A stretch of 64,000 bases of DNA, from assembly GCA_036785375.1 (NCBI GenBank), contig JAWMAR010000128.1, positions 4,774,001-4,838,000 of the forward strand, read 5' to 3'. The notes beneath the pieces were generated by a model, which was not told the origin of the DNA, did no database searches, and saw only the letters and a program-made list of their open reading frames with translations. Position 1 is the stretch's first letter. Each line of letters begins with the position of its first letter. Both the position numbers and the translations under genes were made by a program. Origin of the DNA: Leucoraja ocellata (taxonomy: Eukaryota). Shown one piece after another: positions 1-13,366 of this stretch.

Positions 1-114
1 GAAGGCAGGTACGGGATACTGAGTTTGGATGATCAGCCATGATCATATTGAATGGCGGTGCAGGCTCGAAGGGCCGAATGGCCTACTCCTGCGCCTAATT
101 TCTATGTTTCTATG
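1..114 (+). mobile_element. CR1-type LINE 3' tail fragment
   Basis: Encodes the ORF2 end ..KAGTGY*, followed by the conserved 3'UTR and (TTTCTATG)n tail seen in the full-length copy at 23293-27623. Confidence 0.85.
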
Positions 115-312
115 TGATGTTATTGCGGGGTTGTATTTTATATTTGCGATTTTGTCCGGATTTAATAAGGATGTTCGAGAAGTGCAATAGATTCAAATGT
201 TCTATTATTTATTTGTAAATAAATCCTTTTATGAGCTTGATTGATCATTTAATTGTAACGGCTCCACTGTATTAATGTGTGTCCGCAGAACCGCAGCTCC
301 TTAATTCTGATG

Positions 313-504
313 GTACACAAAAATGCTGGAGAAACTCAGCGGGTGCAGCAGCATCTATGTAGCGAAGGAAATAGGCAACCTTGAAGGGTTTCGGCCCGTA
401 ACGTTGCCTATTTCCTTCGCTCCATAGATGCTGCTGCACCCGCTGAGTTTCTCCAGCATTTTTGTGTACCTTCGATTTTCCAGCATCTGCAGTTCCTTCT
501 TACA
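313..504. mobile_element. Short palindromic Penelope-like (pLTR-type) insertion with 15-bp target-site duplication
   Basis: Arms at about 312-379 and 403-470 are inverted repeats. Flanked by the direct repeat TCCTTAATTCTGATG (298-312, 505-519). Same family as 35792-36002 and 47777-47905. Confidence 0.65.
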
Positions 505-698
505 TCCTTAATTCTGATGACAGGACACACAAATACGTTAACATTCTATCGTCATCTCAAGGAAAACAATGTTCCTGAAGGTAGACCCCAGAAGACCTGT
601 ATATAACCCCCCTTGTCATGCTTCATTTAGTGGCACACAATAGAGAATGAGATCGGTTCTAAATGCCAATATCTGGGTACTTGATGGCCGGCGTAGAC

Positions 699-1300
699 AT
701 AGAAACATAGCAAATAGGTGCAGGAGTAGGCCATTCGGACCTTCGAGCCTGCACCGCTATTCAATATGAACATGACTGATCATACAACTCAGTATCCTGT
801 TCCTGCCATCTCTCCATACCCCCTGATCCCTTTAGCCACAAGGGCCACATCTAACTCCCTCTTAAATATAGCTAATGAACTGGTCTCAATTACCTTCTGT
901 AGCAGAGAATTCCACAGATTCACCACTCTCTGTGTAAAAAATGATTTTCTCATCTCGGTCGTAAAAGACTTCCCCCTTATTCTTAAACTGTGACCCCTTG
1001 TTCTGGACTTTCCCAACATCGGGAATAATCTTCCTGCATCTAGCCTGTCCAACACCTTAAGAATTTTGTAAGTTTCCATAAGATCCCCCCTCAATCTTCT
1101 AAATTCTAGTGAGTTCAAGCTGAGTCTATCCGGTCTTTCTTCATATGAAAGTCCTGTCATCCCAGGAATCAGTCTGATGTACCTTCTCTGTACTGCCTCT
1201 ATGGCAAGAATGTCTTTCCTTAGATTAGGAGACCAAAACTGTACGCAATACTCCAGGTGTGGTCTCACCAAGACCCTGCATAACTGCAGTAGAACCTCCC
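699..1300 (-). mobile_element. 5'-truncated CR1 LINE (ORF2 C-terminus plus tail)
   Basis: ORF 789-1418 contains [41 protein letters not shown]. Tail repeat CATAGAAA on the + strand. Confidence 0.9.
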
Positions 1301-4300
1301 TACACGGTAGGCCGTGCGGCCTGTTTCTTTGTTGTGTAACATGACTGTTTCTTGAAATGGAAAACAATTGTTTTAACGCGGATTCAATAATTAAAACCAA
1401 GACAATATCCCATATCACCCACTTGCCACATAAATTTCCCCACCATTGCCCTTCCCTCGTCTCCTTCCACCTACATCGCTTCGAGCCGCTCTCTTCTCAT
1501 CTCACTGGCCTTTATTTTAATTTCATTTCTTGCCGTCTTCCACCCACATGTTCATCAAACAGCCCCCCCCCCCTCACACGTCCCCACCAATCACTTGCCT
1601 GCCTTTACCCGCTTCCACCTGTCTTCCAGCTTTCTCTCCACCGACTACAATCAATCTGATAAAGGGCTGTGACCCGAAACATTGCCCTATCCATATCCTC
1701 CTGCGGTGCTACCTGACCCGATGTGTTATTGGAGGAGACTGTCTCCAACAGAGGACTAAAACTGCGCAATGTTTCCTTTTGGGGGACAACGGATTCGTTT
1801 ACCATAGACATCTAACACTTATTAGCCATATGATAGACGGTAGCTGCTTCTGGGTATTCAGGATACGATTGCGTCATACGCGGGCCTTACAGTGAACATC
1901 CAGCACATTGGCAACGGTGCATGAAATTAAGTTACAGAGATGGGCAGAGTGGGGGCAGCGTAGTAAATTTGGAAGAAGCAAGATGGTGATTCAAGTTGAA
2001 ATTATAGAGGGCGGGGAAGGGAAAGGAAGAGTAAATAGACGATGAACGGTAAAGGCAATAGGATAAAATGATTATGCAGAATATAGCTATGGCGCAAAGA
2101 AGGAGTGGCCGGAATACAATTAGTTTTTTCTCCACTTTCATTAGATGCCGTTTAATGTGATACTGACTAACGGACGACTGGAAGGCTAATGGCTGCGCTC
2201 TGGTACTTCACACTGTTGGGTCTAAAATAGCGAGAAAGTCACCATAAAACTTTCTTTACTTGCATTATTTAGTTCCCCATTTTCCGCTAAGCGGTGCAAT
2301 TGTATTTTCTATTTCACTCTCCCCTTGCACTCTGCCTGAAGAAGGCTCACCCATTCCATCCCTCATCCCTCCATAAATGCTACCTGAACGACAGAGTTAC
2401 TCCAGCATTCTGAACCTTTCTGAGGTGTAAACCACATCTGCAGTTCGCTTCTGGACAATGTCATACTAAGCATGTCAACCTGTCCCCCCGCACCCCCCCC
2501 CCCCCCACCCCCATTCGTTGCGACAATTCAGGCAACGGAAACATTTTCGAGTACTAGTCGACGTAAGTACTCAACATAATTGCTTGAATTATGAAGCGTG
2601 ATTTGACATTTTCCAATTGACTTGCCTACATGAAGCCAGGAGAAATTCCAGCAGCTATCTTTAAGACTTTCTTATACTATAGGTCCCAGAATTGTCCACA
2701 ATATTGCCAAATGGTTCCACGTTTGAGGCAACGGCACTGTAGTTTACTTACCACTGACGTCGGAAGAAGAAACCTTCCACAAAATGCCCAGTGTGTGCGA
2801 ACTTCCTCTCTTACCCTACTTACAATTGGCAACCGTCCAACAGCGACAGTGGCTACCACCACAGAGATTTATATGAGATATTTCATCGCAATACCATACT
2901 TTTAAGTGTAAAACCATTCTGCTGAAACTAAAAATTATATTGGTAGTTATTCCCCATCTATAGCCCTAACCTTCCCGTCAAACAAATTCTCCTTGCCAAA
3001 TGCGATTTTATTTCACGAAACTGGGGTTAGTGGCGTCAAGGGATATGGGGAGAAGGCAGGCACGGGTTATTGATACGGGACGATCAGCCATGATCACAAT
3101 GAATGTCGGTGCTGGCTCGAAGGGCTGAACGGCCTCCTCCTGCACCTATTTTCTATGTTTCTATGAAACTGTTTTCTCCCGAGGCTCACTTTTGTGTTTA
3201 TAATGACACCCAGCCCATTAAATGCGGTGTCACAAGTGTTCAACAAAGCGTTGTTTGATTTTTAAGGATCATCGTAAAATTCATCTTCATTCCCGAATGC
3301 CTCGACTTTCTGTCCGGATGAAATCCTCTCTCGAATTATTTCAGATGTGTTTCAAAAATGTCTACTTAATTATGGCTTAATAACGGCAAAAAAAACGTAT
3401 ACTTAAATTCTGGAAAAATGCACCCACACCGACGCTCAAAATGTGGATTTCAAGCAGGTCGGAAATGTTACACCTTGAAGATATGAGATTCGTCCTATCG
3501 GGCAAATCAGACCGATTTTGAAGATTTGGTCTCCATTTATCGACTTATTACAAGCATGTGGTGCAACACAGCCTTAGAAATTAAGTGTTTCAGAACCCGG
3601 TGAGAGGTGGGTAAAGATACGAAGGAGGCAAATCCCTTTCAACTGCTTTCTGCTTTCTCTTTTTTTTCTCTTCTCTCTTTTCTCTCTATTCTTTTTTCTT
3701 TTTGTTTAGTTCACATCACCTACTTTTCTGTTTCGTGCTAAATAATATTCTCTCTCTCTCTATTCCTTGCTTTTCTTACTCTTTTTTTTCTACTATTAAA
3801 TTAAAAATAAGAAGTTGTACATTAAATTTAATATGTCATTTATGTCTTATATTATTGTACATCATTTCTAATAAAAATATTTTAAAAAAAGAATTATTTC
3901 AGATGTGAAACTACCGTTGGAACCGCAAGCGCACCTGCATCTTGCAGACACACCGTAAAAGGTAAATGTCTGCAGAGCTATGGGCAAAATTAACTCCAGC
4001 CCAGAGTGTGGTTTCTTTCAGACCACACTCGTTTTAAACAGCTTTGGTACTTACTCAGAAAAACGTTGCTTTCAAGGTGGCAATGTGGGGGTTGTGTTCA
4101 TTGGATAGACACTGTCGGATGTAAAAACCGCAGAGAGGAAGTTAGATAGGGCCATTCTACTTGACACACTGACAACTTAACAGAATTAATATGGTCTGAA
4201 TGTTTGTTCCAAGAGCCTAAAGATGCAGGTGCCTCACGCAGCCCAAACATCACAGCATTGGTGTTAATGTTCGCAGAATATTTAATCCGAAATAAAATAT

Positions 4301-7300
4301 TAGAGGATGCTTCCTTGTGTTCAGATAAACTTCGCAAACTTTAATACCTATTCTTGTAGAAACAAACATACAAAGCAATATTTTTCCGGTTAATTACTAT
4401 AAAGAGCATAAAGCATGTTTATGAATCTATGGCATGAAACCACTTATCCTTTCCACATATCTGTTCTCCTAATTGGACTGTACGTGGCTGCCATTTTCCC
4501 GACTCGGCTCTGTATTATCATCGGCTAGAGGGTGCGACTGTCCTACCAGATTTTAAGCATTTCGCTGCACGGGAGCAACGATGTGACAAAAAATGAATCT
4601 AGATATGATGGAAATCAGAAGTAGAAAGAGAAACCGGAAGGAGGACTCGTCAAACTGTGCAGTATCTGTGGAAATATAAACAGAATGAGGCCAGGTCAGA
4701 GATTCTTCAACAGGGCAGGAATAGACTGCACAAAGACGAATGTTGGGGGCCGTTGGTCCCAGAGTAGTCCTACTCGTCAACCATATCAGCACATCTACTA
4801 CGACCATCCCTTCTAGTGTTACCTCTATGATCACAGCGTTACTACAACCCTCAATGCTATTACAATTATTCTTACTATTATTACTTCTATTATTACTGCT
4901 GCCGCTACAGCCACCACAATTGTTACTACTATTATTACTATCTTTCTTTCTTTTAAAATCTTTTTATTGTTTTTTTCCCCCCAAAAAAAACAAAAATAAT
5001 ATATAAAAAACAGTGCAAAAAGAACAATGATAAACATAACAATGATATTGATACATAGAGATCAGGATTACAACCTAATATGAGACCAGTGTCAAAATAC
5101 ACATTGAATATAGACCTCCCGGTCTCTATGTAAATATAGTTAAATCTTTAAAAGGAAACTTATACATGTAAAAATAAAACACAAAGAGAAAAAGACAAAG
5201 AGAAAAAGAAAAAAGGGGAAAAAAACAAACCCCCCCCCTAAACTAAAGAAGAAAAAAAAGAAAAAAAAGAAAAATTAATAATAATAAAATAAGAATAAAA
5301 ATAAAATAAATAAATAAATAGATAGACAAAGCAACACAAAACCGAATCTGAACTGAGAATTTCAACAATTTAAGTCTGTTTGTCGTCAAGTCCGTTCCAC
5401 CCTATAGAGGTAAAATAATTTTTATAACGGGTAAAGAGGGGACAATTTATGTTGTATGAAAGTGTTCAATAAATTTTTCCCCAAGTCTTATCGCTATTAT
5501 TACTATCATTACGTCTACTACTGTTATCAATGTTGCAAGTGGATCTGTAGCTGTATATTATATTCCTGTTTAGTTAAAGCATCATAGCTAACTTCTCGAT
5601 GTCAGAAATGTTGACGCAAGTAACACGTGACGGCAACAAAACCATCCTGAGACATTGAACATAGATTTAATCGGTGAGATAATTCATCGCAGCAGATATC
5701 CGGCAGTCTTCCCTTGAATGCTCTGATGCAAATCATGCTGACATTGTTCAGATTGACAATAATGTTTTCTATTCGAATCAAATGTATGAGATGTAAGTAT
5801 TGAAACGTGAGAGCTAACGTGAAAAGATCGTGTAGGAATCTGATCATATATTTCCGATTCAGGGGCACAAAGTTGCACATCCACGTTTGTAGATTGCATT
5901 GATTTGGAAACAGATTCAAGATTCAGATTCAGATTCGATCTTTATTGTCATTGTGCTGTGTACAGTACAGAGACAACGAAATGCAGTTAGCATCTCACCC
6001 AGAAGAGCGAACATAGAACAATGAGCAGTAAAATATATATATGTAAGTAAAATATATATATGTAAGTAAAATATATATATATGTACGTCAGTAATCTTCG
6101 GAACTAAACGGAGTAAGTGAACAGACACAACTGTGGTAAATTGAGGTTAGAACCTACGTGCCTCTGATAATTCCGTGAAGCGTAAATTTATTGCAGGTTA
6201 TAAAATGTAATGACGTGTGCTCATTGAACGATGAGCTTTATCAGAAGTGCTACAAATGACAGTTCTGTTTGAAAATCCACAAACCGTTATTCAGATAAAA
6301 GTGTCTTTGATCTTTTTTTCCTTCTGTTCACCTTCCTGAATATTTTCATTATTCTCAGTTTCGACCTCGAGCTTGTGTTTTTCCGCTGTGCAAGCAGCCC
6401 CTATTTGCGCCGGATCTGGCGCACGGTATCGCAATATGATTACCGTCATTCGAGAAGATAATATTTGGCATGGAACAGCGGCAGCCCAGGTTCTGCAGAA
6501 CGTACCCTAGCCATAGAATAATAGCTTGAATAAAAGCAATTCGGGGTGATGCAAGGGTATTTTCTAAAGGTAGAACGCATTCGATAAGTAATGTGAATGA
6601 AAGGTTTCTCTGAACATGTAAGCCTCTTATCATCTTTTTAAAGCTTAGGACTTGAGGTGTACAGAAACGCGTACAAATCGTGCAGACTTTTGTGTACTGA
6701 TTCGATATGGTCTATTATCTTACACTCACAAACTTGGTATAATTGTGCGTACTGAATGTACTGTTAAACTGCATGCAAAAATACCATTTCTTTATTCATT
6801 ATACTTGAAAATAAAGTGCCGTTGAACCATTGATATAGAAATTATATAGATAACGCCATTTTAAATGACCTGGACCATTCAAAAATGAGGCATTTTGCAA
6901 CCGAAAGTATCAGAGATGTCCCCGATCGCTCTCCTTCGAAACCGATTCGCAATGCACGGAATGCACGGCCCACGGAGCAGGGTCAAGACACTGCTGTTGC
7001 TCCTCAGAAACCTCTTCCGCTCTTTGCCTCCACAACGCTCGCTGACTAATGAAGATTATTTTGTCTTCAGTTTACAGATGTAGTTCTATTTCTGACACCA
7101 CAGACTTATAGAGTGGGACAGCACTGAAATAGGCCCTTTCGGCCCGCCATGACCCTGCCTTGCCACACTAATCTCATTTACACGCATTCTGTGCCTTGGA
7201 GATTGAAGAACCTGTCAGACTTGTCGTTCGGTTATCTGCCTCCATCCCCTCTTCAGACAGCGCAATCCAGATTCCAGCAACCCTGCGGGCAACGGTTCGC

Positions 7301-8629
7301 TCAGAGTTCCTCTATACCTCCTAACTCTCACCCTAAACATATGCTCTCTTGTTTAAGGAACTTGCACATCGGGGAAATTATTTTTACTATCTACCATATG
7401 TATATACATGTTTTCTCAATTTCTATCACATCCACACACAGCCCCTCCTCTCCACGAAAACCAAACCCAGACTCTTTATCTGCCCTTACACTCAGGTTCC
7501 CCAGTCCAGCCAACATCCTCGTAAATTTCAGATGCATCCTCTCCAGAACAATTGCATCATTTATTTAGCGTGGCCAGCAGAACAGCAGAAAGTAGTTAAT
7601 GTGTGAACCATGTTTTATGCAGTTGTTATATGAGATCCCAGTTATTTTGTTAGCCAATGAGTTCGACCACGTCTTATGCCTTCTTCGCCGCCTTATCAAC
7701 ATGTGCTTCAACTTTGAGGGATATTTGAACTTGGACATTAATGTCCCTCTGTTCATTAACACTCCTCGTGGCCTTGTTTTTAAATAACTCGCCCTACTCT
7801 CAAAACTGTGACGACCCGGTTGACTTGGTTGCACTAGGGACTTGGGACTTAGTTTTGTTTTGCGCTATGTTATAGTTTTTCTTTGTTGAACTTTTTCTGT
7901 AATGTATTAAGCACTGTACTTACAACCCTGTTGTACTGCTGCAAAGGGGGAAAAACATTGTTTCGATTAGGTACATATGACAATTGAACATTATTGAATC
8001 TTGACTCATGACTACTCTCGTTTGCCATCTCTCTATGCATCACAGCCCATTTGTCAGGTTTTAACTCCATCTACCATTGCTCCAAGCCATTTTCCAACCG
8101 ATCCGTCTCATGTTGTTACGTTGAACAGACTTCATTGCTTTCGACAACATCACCTCTGCTCGTATTAACTGCAGATATATCATACCCTCTATATTCACAT
8201 TCGGGTAGCTTGGGAATATATAATATATAGAGCCAATGTTTCTGGTTAGCTCTCAACCCTGGTGCAAGATCTCAATGCGAAATGTCGACTTACATGTTTT
8301 GGCTCCATAGATGTCGATTGGCCCACTAAGCGCTATTCTGTTGCTGCATGTAGAAACACATGATCCATATGCTGTTATCTCCTAAAATATTTATTCAGAT
8401 TTGTTCGCCCGAATTTACCCACTGGTGACTATCAACTCTCGCCTTTCCACACGAATCTTGTTCCTTTGAAGTTTTCCAATATTTTCCCTGTCACTGAAGG
8501 AAGATGCACGAGTCTGCACTGATCTGGCTTCTTTTTTTTTATTGCAAGCGATGCAATTGTAAGTGCAAATGGGGATCTGCGCTCATCATTTCCTTCTTGA
8601 ATTATGGAAATATTTGCTGTCTTCCGATT

Positions 8630-9010
8630 CACGAACAGAGAAAGGCCTGGATAAATTAGACGTGGAGAAGATGTTTCCACTAGTGGGAGAGTCTAGGACC
8701 AGGGGCCATAACCTCAGAATAAAATAATGTACCTTTAGAAAGAAGACGAGGAGGAATTCATTTAGACAGAGGTTGCTGAATCCGTGGAATTCTTTGCAAC
8801 AGAAGGCTGTAGAGGCTAGATGAATGCATATTTTAAAGATAGAGTTTGGTAGGGTCTAGATTAGGAAGGGTGTCAACGGTTATGGGGAGAAGGCACAAGA
8901 ATGATATTGAGAATGAAAGATAGTTCGGTCATAATTGAATGGCGGAGAAGACTCGATCGGCCGAATGGCTTAATTCTTAACTCATACAACTTATGAACTT
9001 AGGAAATTAT
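8630..9010 (+). mobile_element. Degraded CR1 LINE 3' fragment
   Basis: Recognisable SRTRGH and WNSL coding remnants plus 3'UTR. Confidence 0.7.
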
Positions 9011-9673
9011 GAACTATGTACTTCAACGGTGGCTAATGAGGCGCATGAATACCCGTTAGGCCCCAGCAATCTCATTCATTTATTCCCATGGCAGTATTGA
9101 ACGCATTTCAGCAGATCCCGGGGAGTTGTGGACTTTATGGACTATGACTCTAAACACTCGCACTGCCTCCTTCATTAAGCTATCACTCTCAAATATGAAC
9201 GTGTCTCACTCTGTACTCTCTCTGCAACATGTCTTCGTCGGAGTAGAAACACGCTCACCGCGTCAGTGCTTTCAAACTTCGAGGCTTCTATGAGGGCGCT
9301 TCGCAGCCTTCACCTTTCCAACTCAAGGAGGGAAAGACACAGCATGGTCGATATTTTCCTACAGGTAGCCCTGGTGAAAATCTTGTAACAGAATATTTGC
9401 CCCATCAATCGGGACTAACATTAGGGAGTTGGAGGTGTTACCGATCCCCCAAAGGCAATGCCTTGCATGCAGAACTGTATTTGTCAATTCCTCCACCTTG
9501 AGCACCTTTATTAATTTTTCTCCGACTTACATTCGTATGACATTACATGGCTTAGGACATCAAATACTATGGAATGATTCGAGCTTAGTAATGCATGTTC
9601 CCGTGTTCACGAAATATATTTTGGAAACGCCTGGCCGTGTCTGTTTGTCCACTAATGATATCGTTTGGCTTAG

Positions 9674-9946
9674 GTGAGGGAAACGTTGTGCAGACATCTC
9701 CATCACAAATTCCCAGCGAATGGAAGACGATCTCGATGGAATGTGAAACAACCATTGCATTCTCGGAGATGTATTGGTATGTGCAGCAGGCAGCCGAGGG
9801 CCCAAAATTATTGATCGTGGCTTCAGATCGGGGTGAACATGAAGGTCGATTTAAAGCAGTCGGTCGAAGTTCGGAGAAGAGTGGTTCCTTGACAATCTCG
9901 TCCTTGCGTCTGTCAGACACCGGAACCTACTACTGTGCGGTGCACA
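9674..9946 (+). CDS. Germline T-cell receptor alpha/delta-like variable (V) gene segment
   Basis: Open frame GEGNVVQTSPSQ..TISMEC..MYWYVQQAAEGPKLLI..EGRF..SGSLTISSLRLSDTGTYYCAV has the Ig V-set hallmarks Cys23, Trp41, D-x-G-x-Y-Y-C104. A phase-1 acceptor ttag|GT lies at 9673/9674, and there is also an in-frame ATG at 9595. An RSS follows immediately. Confidence 0.88.
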
Positions 9947-9983
9947 CACAGTGCCAAATAGCGCCGGAGACCGTACAAAAACT
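9947..9983 (+). promoter_or_regulatory. V(D)J recombination signal sequence (23-class)
   Basis: Perfect heptamer CACAGTG (9947-9953), 21-nt spacer, nonamer ACAAAAACT (9975-9983), directly after the YYCAVH codons. Confidence 0.88.
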
Positions 9984-10814
9984 GTCCAGCGTTCAAGTTG
10001 CTAGTTTTAAAGTGACTGAACTAATAGGCGCTCTGTTGTGTGAAAGGTGGTGAAGTGCCCACTTCATCATAGTCGTAAGATGTATTCTTTTGATATCTGT
10101 TGATAAAAATATATGGGCTCTATGGAACACTTTTCCCGAAAGCTTTCTTCGAGTGCGCATTCTTACACTATCAATCCGTCCACCCAGTAGAAATCTCCAG
10201 CGAAAAGCACAAAGGTTCAAGATCATCGAATCGCAGTTTGAAGAAGTAATTACTGTTCGCGGCGTTCAAAATATAATCGACAAATACTTTCACAACGGGC
10301 AAGCGAGGTATTACGTGATAAAATATTTTCAAATTTTAGATGTTATTTCAACACAATACAGTGTAATCAATATTTCGCTGTCAATCCATAGAGTTTCGGG
10401 ATAAATTAATACTGATTCATTCAAATACAAGTTTGTTTGTATTTAGCAGTGAATAACATTTTGGAGAGTAATTTATTGGACGAGCTACTGCGCTCCGGGG
10501 TAGAATGTGGTATATTTTTCGTGAATGGAAACAGGGGTATTGGATTGCTATATTATATCATATCATAAAAGTGATACAAATAATATAATCTAATGTAGTT
10601 GAATGCATAAGACACATATAACGGATGCTTTGAACATACTGTATATGAAATGCCGCTGGCAGGATTAAATTGCAATTGAAAATGTTGCGAGTTTTGTTGT
10701 AGGATTCTGAACATTCCACCAGGTACACGTACCGGGAACTATATTCTCTCTGCCTTACTAGAATTCCATGAGAAGGCGCATGTTGAGTTACAGTGCATAT
10801 TGATGAATTGAGGG

Positions 10815-11347
10815 TTTAGGTCCTAATTTGACGAAGGACATTCTTGTTATTGAGGGAGTGCAGCGTAGGTTTACAAGGTTAATTCCCGGGATGGCGGGGG
10901 CTGTCATATGCTGAGAATGGAGCAGCTGGGCTTGTACACTCTGCGGTTTAGAAGAATAAACGGTGATTCCATTGAAACATATATGATTGTTAAGGGTTTG
11001 GACACGTTAGAGGAAGGAAACATGTTCCCGGTGTTGGGGGAGTCCAGAACTAAAAGCCACAGTTTAAGAATAAGGAATAAGCCATTTAGAACGGAGACGA
11101 GGAAACACTTTTTCTCACAGAGAGTGGTGAGTCTGTGGAATTCTCTGCCTCAGAGGTCGGTGGAGTCGGGTTCTCTGGATGCTTTCAAGAGAGAGCTAGA
11201 TAGGGCTCTTAAAAATGGCGGAGTCAGGGGATATGGGGAGAAGGCAGGAACGGGGTACTGATTGGGGATGATCAACCATTGAATGGCGGTGCTGGCGCGA
11301 AGGGCCGAATGGCCTACTCCTGCACCTATTGTCTATTGTCTATTGTC
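10815..11347 (+). mobile_element. 5'-truncated CR1 LINE (second subfamily, CTATTGT tail)
   Basis: ORF 10908-11261 is CR1 ORF2 C-terminus ending GEKAGTGY, followed by a (CTATTGT)n tail. Confidence 0.88.
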
Positions 11348-12207
11348 TTAAAAGCTAAGTAAATGGATTTGTAAACAACACGAAGTGGAAGTATAGCTGA
11401 ACAAAAGAAGTGCAGTTGAATAAGTAAAGAAACTTAAGCCGCAAGGTGAAATACACACCTAAATGATTACGTTGTATGAATCATTTTGATCAATCAATCA
11501 ATCAATGAGTAGACATGGGCACTGGATGTCAAACAATAGATGTCAAGAGTTATTATATGGCTTTAATCCGCCGTCAAGCGAGTTGATGTGACGCCTCGGA
11601 TGTAAGACACAACAAAATTCACACCATGGGGGAGGGAGGGGGAGGCGCGTTAACTAAAGAAAGATATATCGGAAGTCCTAGAATGGAAAGCTTCAGTTTG
11701 GGAGCAGATGCGGTGGTGAAGAGAAGTTGAGAGTATGGGGTTACGTCATTGCCAGAGGCAAGGTCGAAGGAAATGGCGTCACGTTAACTGGGAGAACAGA
11801 TGGACAATACGTCAGTGAGGCCACACTTGTACCATCGTGTTGAGTTTTGGTCAAGCGACTAGAGGCAGAATGGCATTAAGCAGGAAGTCGCGCGGAGACG
11901 ATTGAGGAGGATGGCGCCAGAACACGAGACCATGAGCTATTGAGAGAGGTTATGGAGTATATGACTATTCCTCTCAGGGGTGGAGTCTGAGAGGTGATCT
12001 TGCAGATGTGTACACACTCATGGGGTGAATAGATAAAGTCAGTGCAGTCGTTTTGGGGGGTGGGGGCATGACGAACAAGAGCACATCAACTGGAATAGAG
12101 AGGGGAAAGATTTAATAGGAACACGAGTGGTAAATTTGTCACACAGAAGATGCTAGGTGCTGTAATTGGGACGAGCTGTAGGGGAAGTAGTTGGAGTGGT
12201 TACAATA

Positions 12208-12287
12208 ACAAACTTTGAAATATATTTAGGTACACGAATAGAGACAATCGTTTCTATTCGTGTACCTAAATATATTTCAAAGTTTGT
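12208..12287. repeat. Perfect 35-bp inverted repeat (hairpin)
   Basis: 12208-12242 is the exact reverse complement of 12253-12287, with a 10-nt spacer. Confidence 0.9.
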
Positions 12288-12874
12288 ATAGAGGCAGTAT
12301 AGACGGAGCCTTGGTTGTGGCGTCTTTAAAATTATATGACGTCGCATGCATGAGGTTGTTTAAGAGCTATGATGTTTGGACGAGTGGGGTGGGGGGGAAA
12401 TGACATAGATCCAGAATTGTTGAACAGAAAAAAAGAAGAAGAGGTTGGGAACAAATGGACTCTCCGTTTTGCAAATCTGTGTGCTGGGATCATGGAGATG
12501 GCCGTACTCAAGAACAGCTTCCCCGCTGTTATCAGACTAATGAAGGATGAGGGGGGTCTTATAGAAACATATACAATTATAAAAGGACTAGACAAGCTAG
12601 ATGCAGGAAAAATGTTCCCAATGTTGGGCGAGTCCAGAACCAGGGGCCACAGTCTAAAGGGGAGGTCATTTAAGACTTGAGGTGAGAAAAAAAAAACGTT
12701 TTCACCCAGAGAGGTGTGAATTTATGGAATTCCCTGGCACAGAGGGCAGTGGAGGCCAAGTCACTGGATGGATATAAGATAGAGTAATGCCCCTGTCCCA
12801 CTTAGGAAACCTGAACGGAAACCTCTGGAGACTTTGCGCCCACCCCGCCCCCCCCCCCCCCCACCCACCCTACC

Positions 12875-12906
<32 letters not shown>

Positions 12907-13117
12907 ACCCCCAAGGTTTCCGTGCGTGGATTTGCCTGGATTGCACCGCAAAACACAGTTTTCAATGTATCTCGATACAGGTGACAATAATAAACCAACA
13001 CACATCCCAATTATTTATCGGCCATTTATCGTCCAATACCAATACATCAGATAATGCCAGATCGATGGTCGTTGGATAACAAGATTTCTTCGCACGATTA
13101 GCCAAAGTTGAGATTTA

Positions 13118-13353
13118 TGCCCCTGTCCCACTTAGGGAACCTGAACGGAAACCTCTGGAGACTTTGCGCCGCACCCAAGGTTTCCATGCTGTTCCCGGAG
13201 GTTCCCGGAGGTTCCGGGAGGTTTCTGTCAGTCTACCTACCTGATTCCACTACCTGCAACCTCCGGCAACCTTCGAAAACCGCACGGAAACCTTGGGTGG
13301 GGCGCAAAGTCTCCAGAGCTTTCCGTTCAGCTTTCCTAAGTGGGACAGGGGCA
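13118..13353. mobile_element. PIF/Harbinger-type MITE
   Basis: Long terminal inverted repeats TGCCCCTGTCCCACTTAG...CTAAGTGGGACAGGGGCA with TTA on both sides. Related copies at about 12788-12925, 38348-38525 and 49278-49484. Confidence 0.8.
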
Positions 13354-13366
13354 TTAACGTTTGCCC

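Noticed and set aside
766-993. Recurrent 'MIMADHPTQYPVPAFSPYPLIPLATRATSN' ORFs in many copies
   Set aside because: Antisense reading of the CR1 3' end, not a gene family.
1932-2141. Minus-strand ORF resembling a type II membrane protein or glycosyltransferase N-terminus
   Set aside because: Hydrophobicity is explained by a pyrimidine-rich strand, and I found no downstream exons or family motif.
4089-4116. 12-spacer RSS-like pattern GGGTTGTGT-12-CACTGTC
   Set aside because: The heptamer lacks the essential terminal CAC when read toward the coding flank, and no FGxG J sequence or donor follows.
4740-5037. Leucine/valine-rich hydrophobic ORFs
   Set aside because: Degenerate (TAC/TAT)n simple repeat adjoining an A/T-rich retroelement end.
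6949-7000. ATGCACGG(C) start similar to receptor exon 1
   Set aside because: The downstream codons do not match YAxYY..VP and there is no phase-1 donor at +70.
12834-13079. Poly-proline and poly-glycine ORFs
   Set aside because: Poly-C tract inside a MITE remnant.
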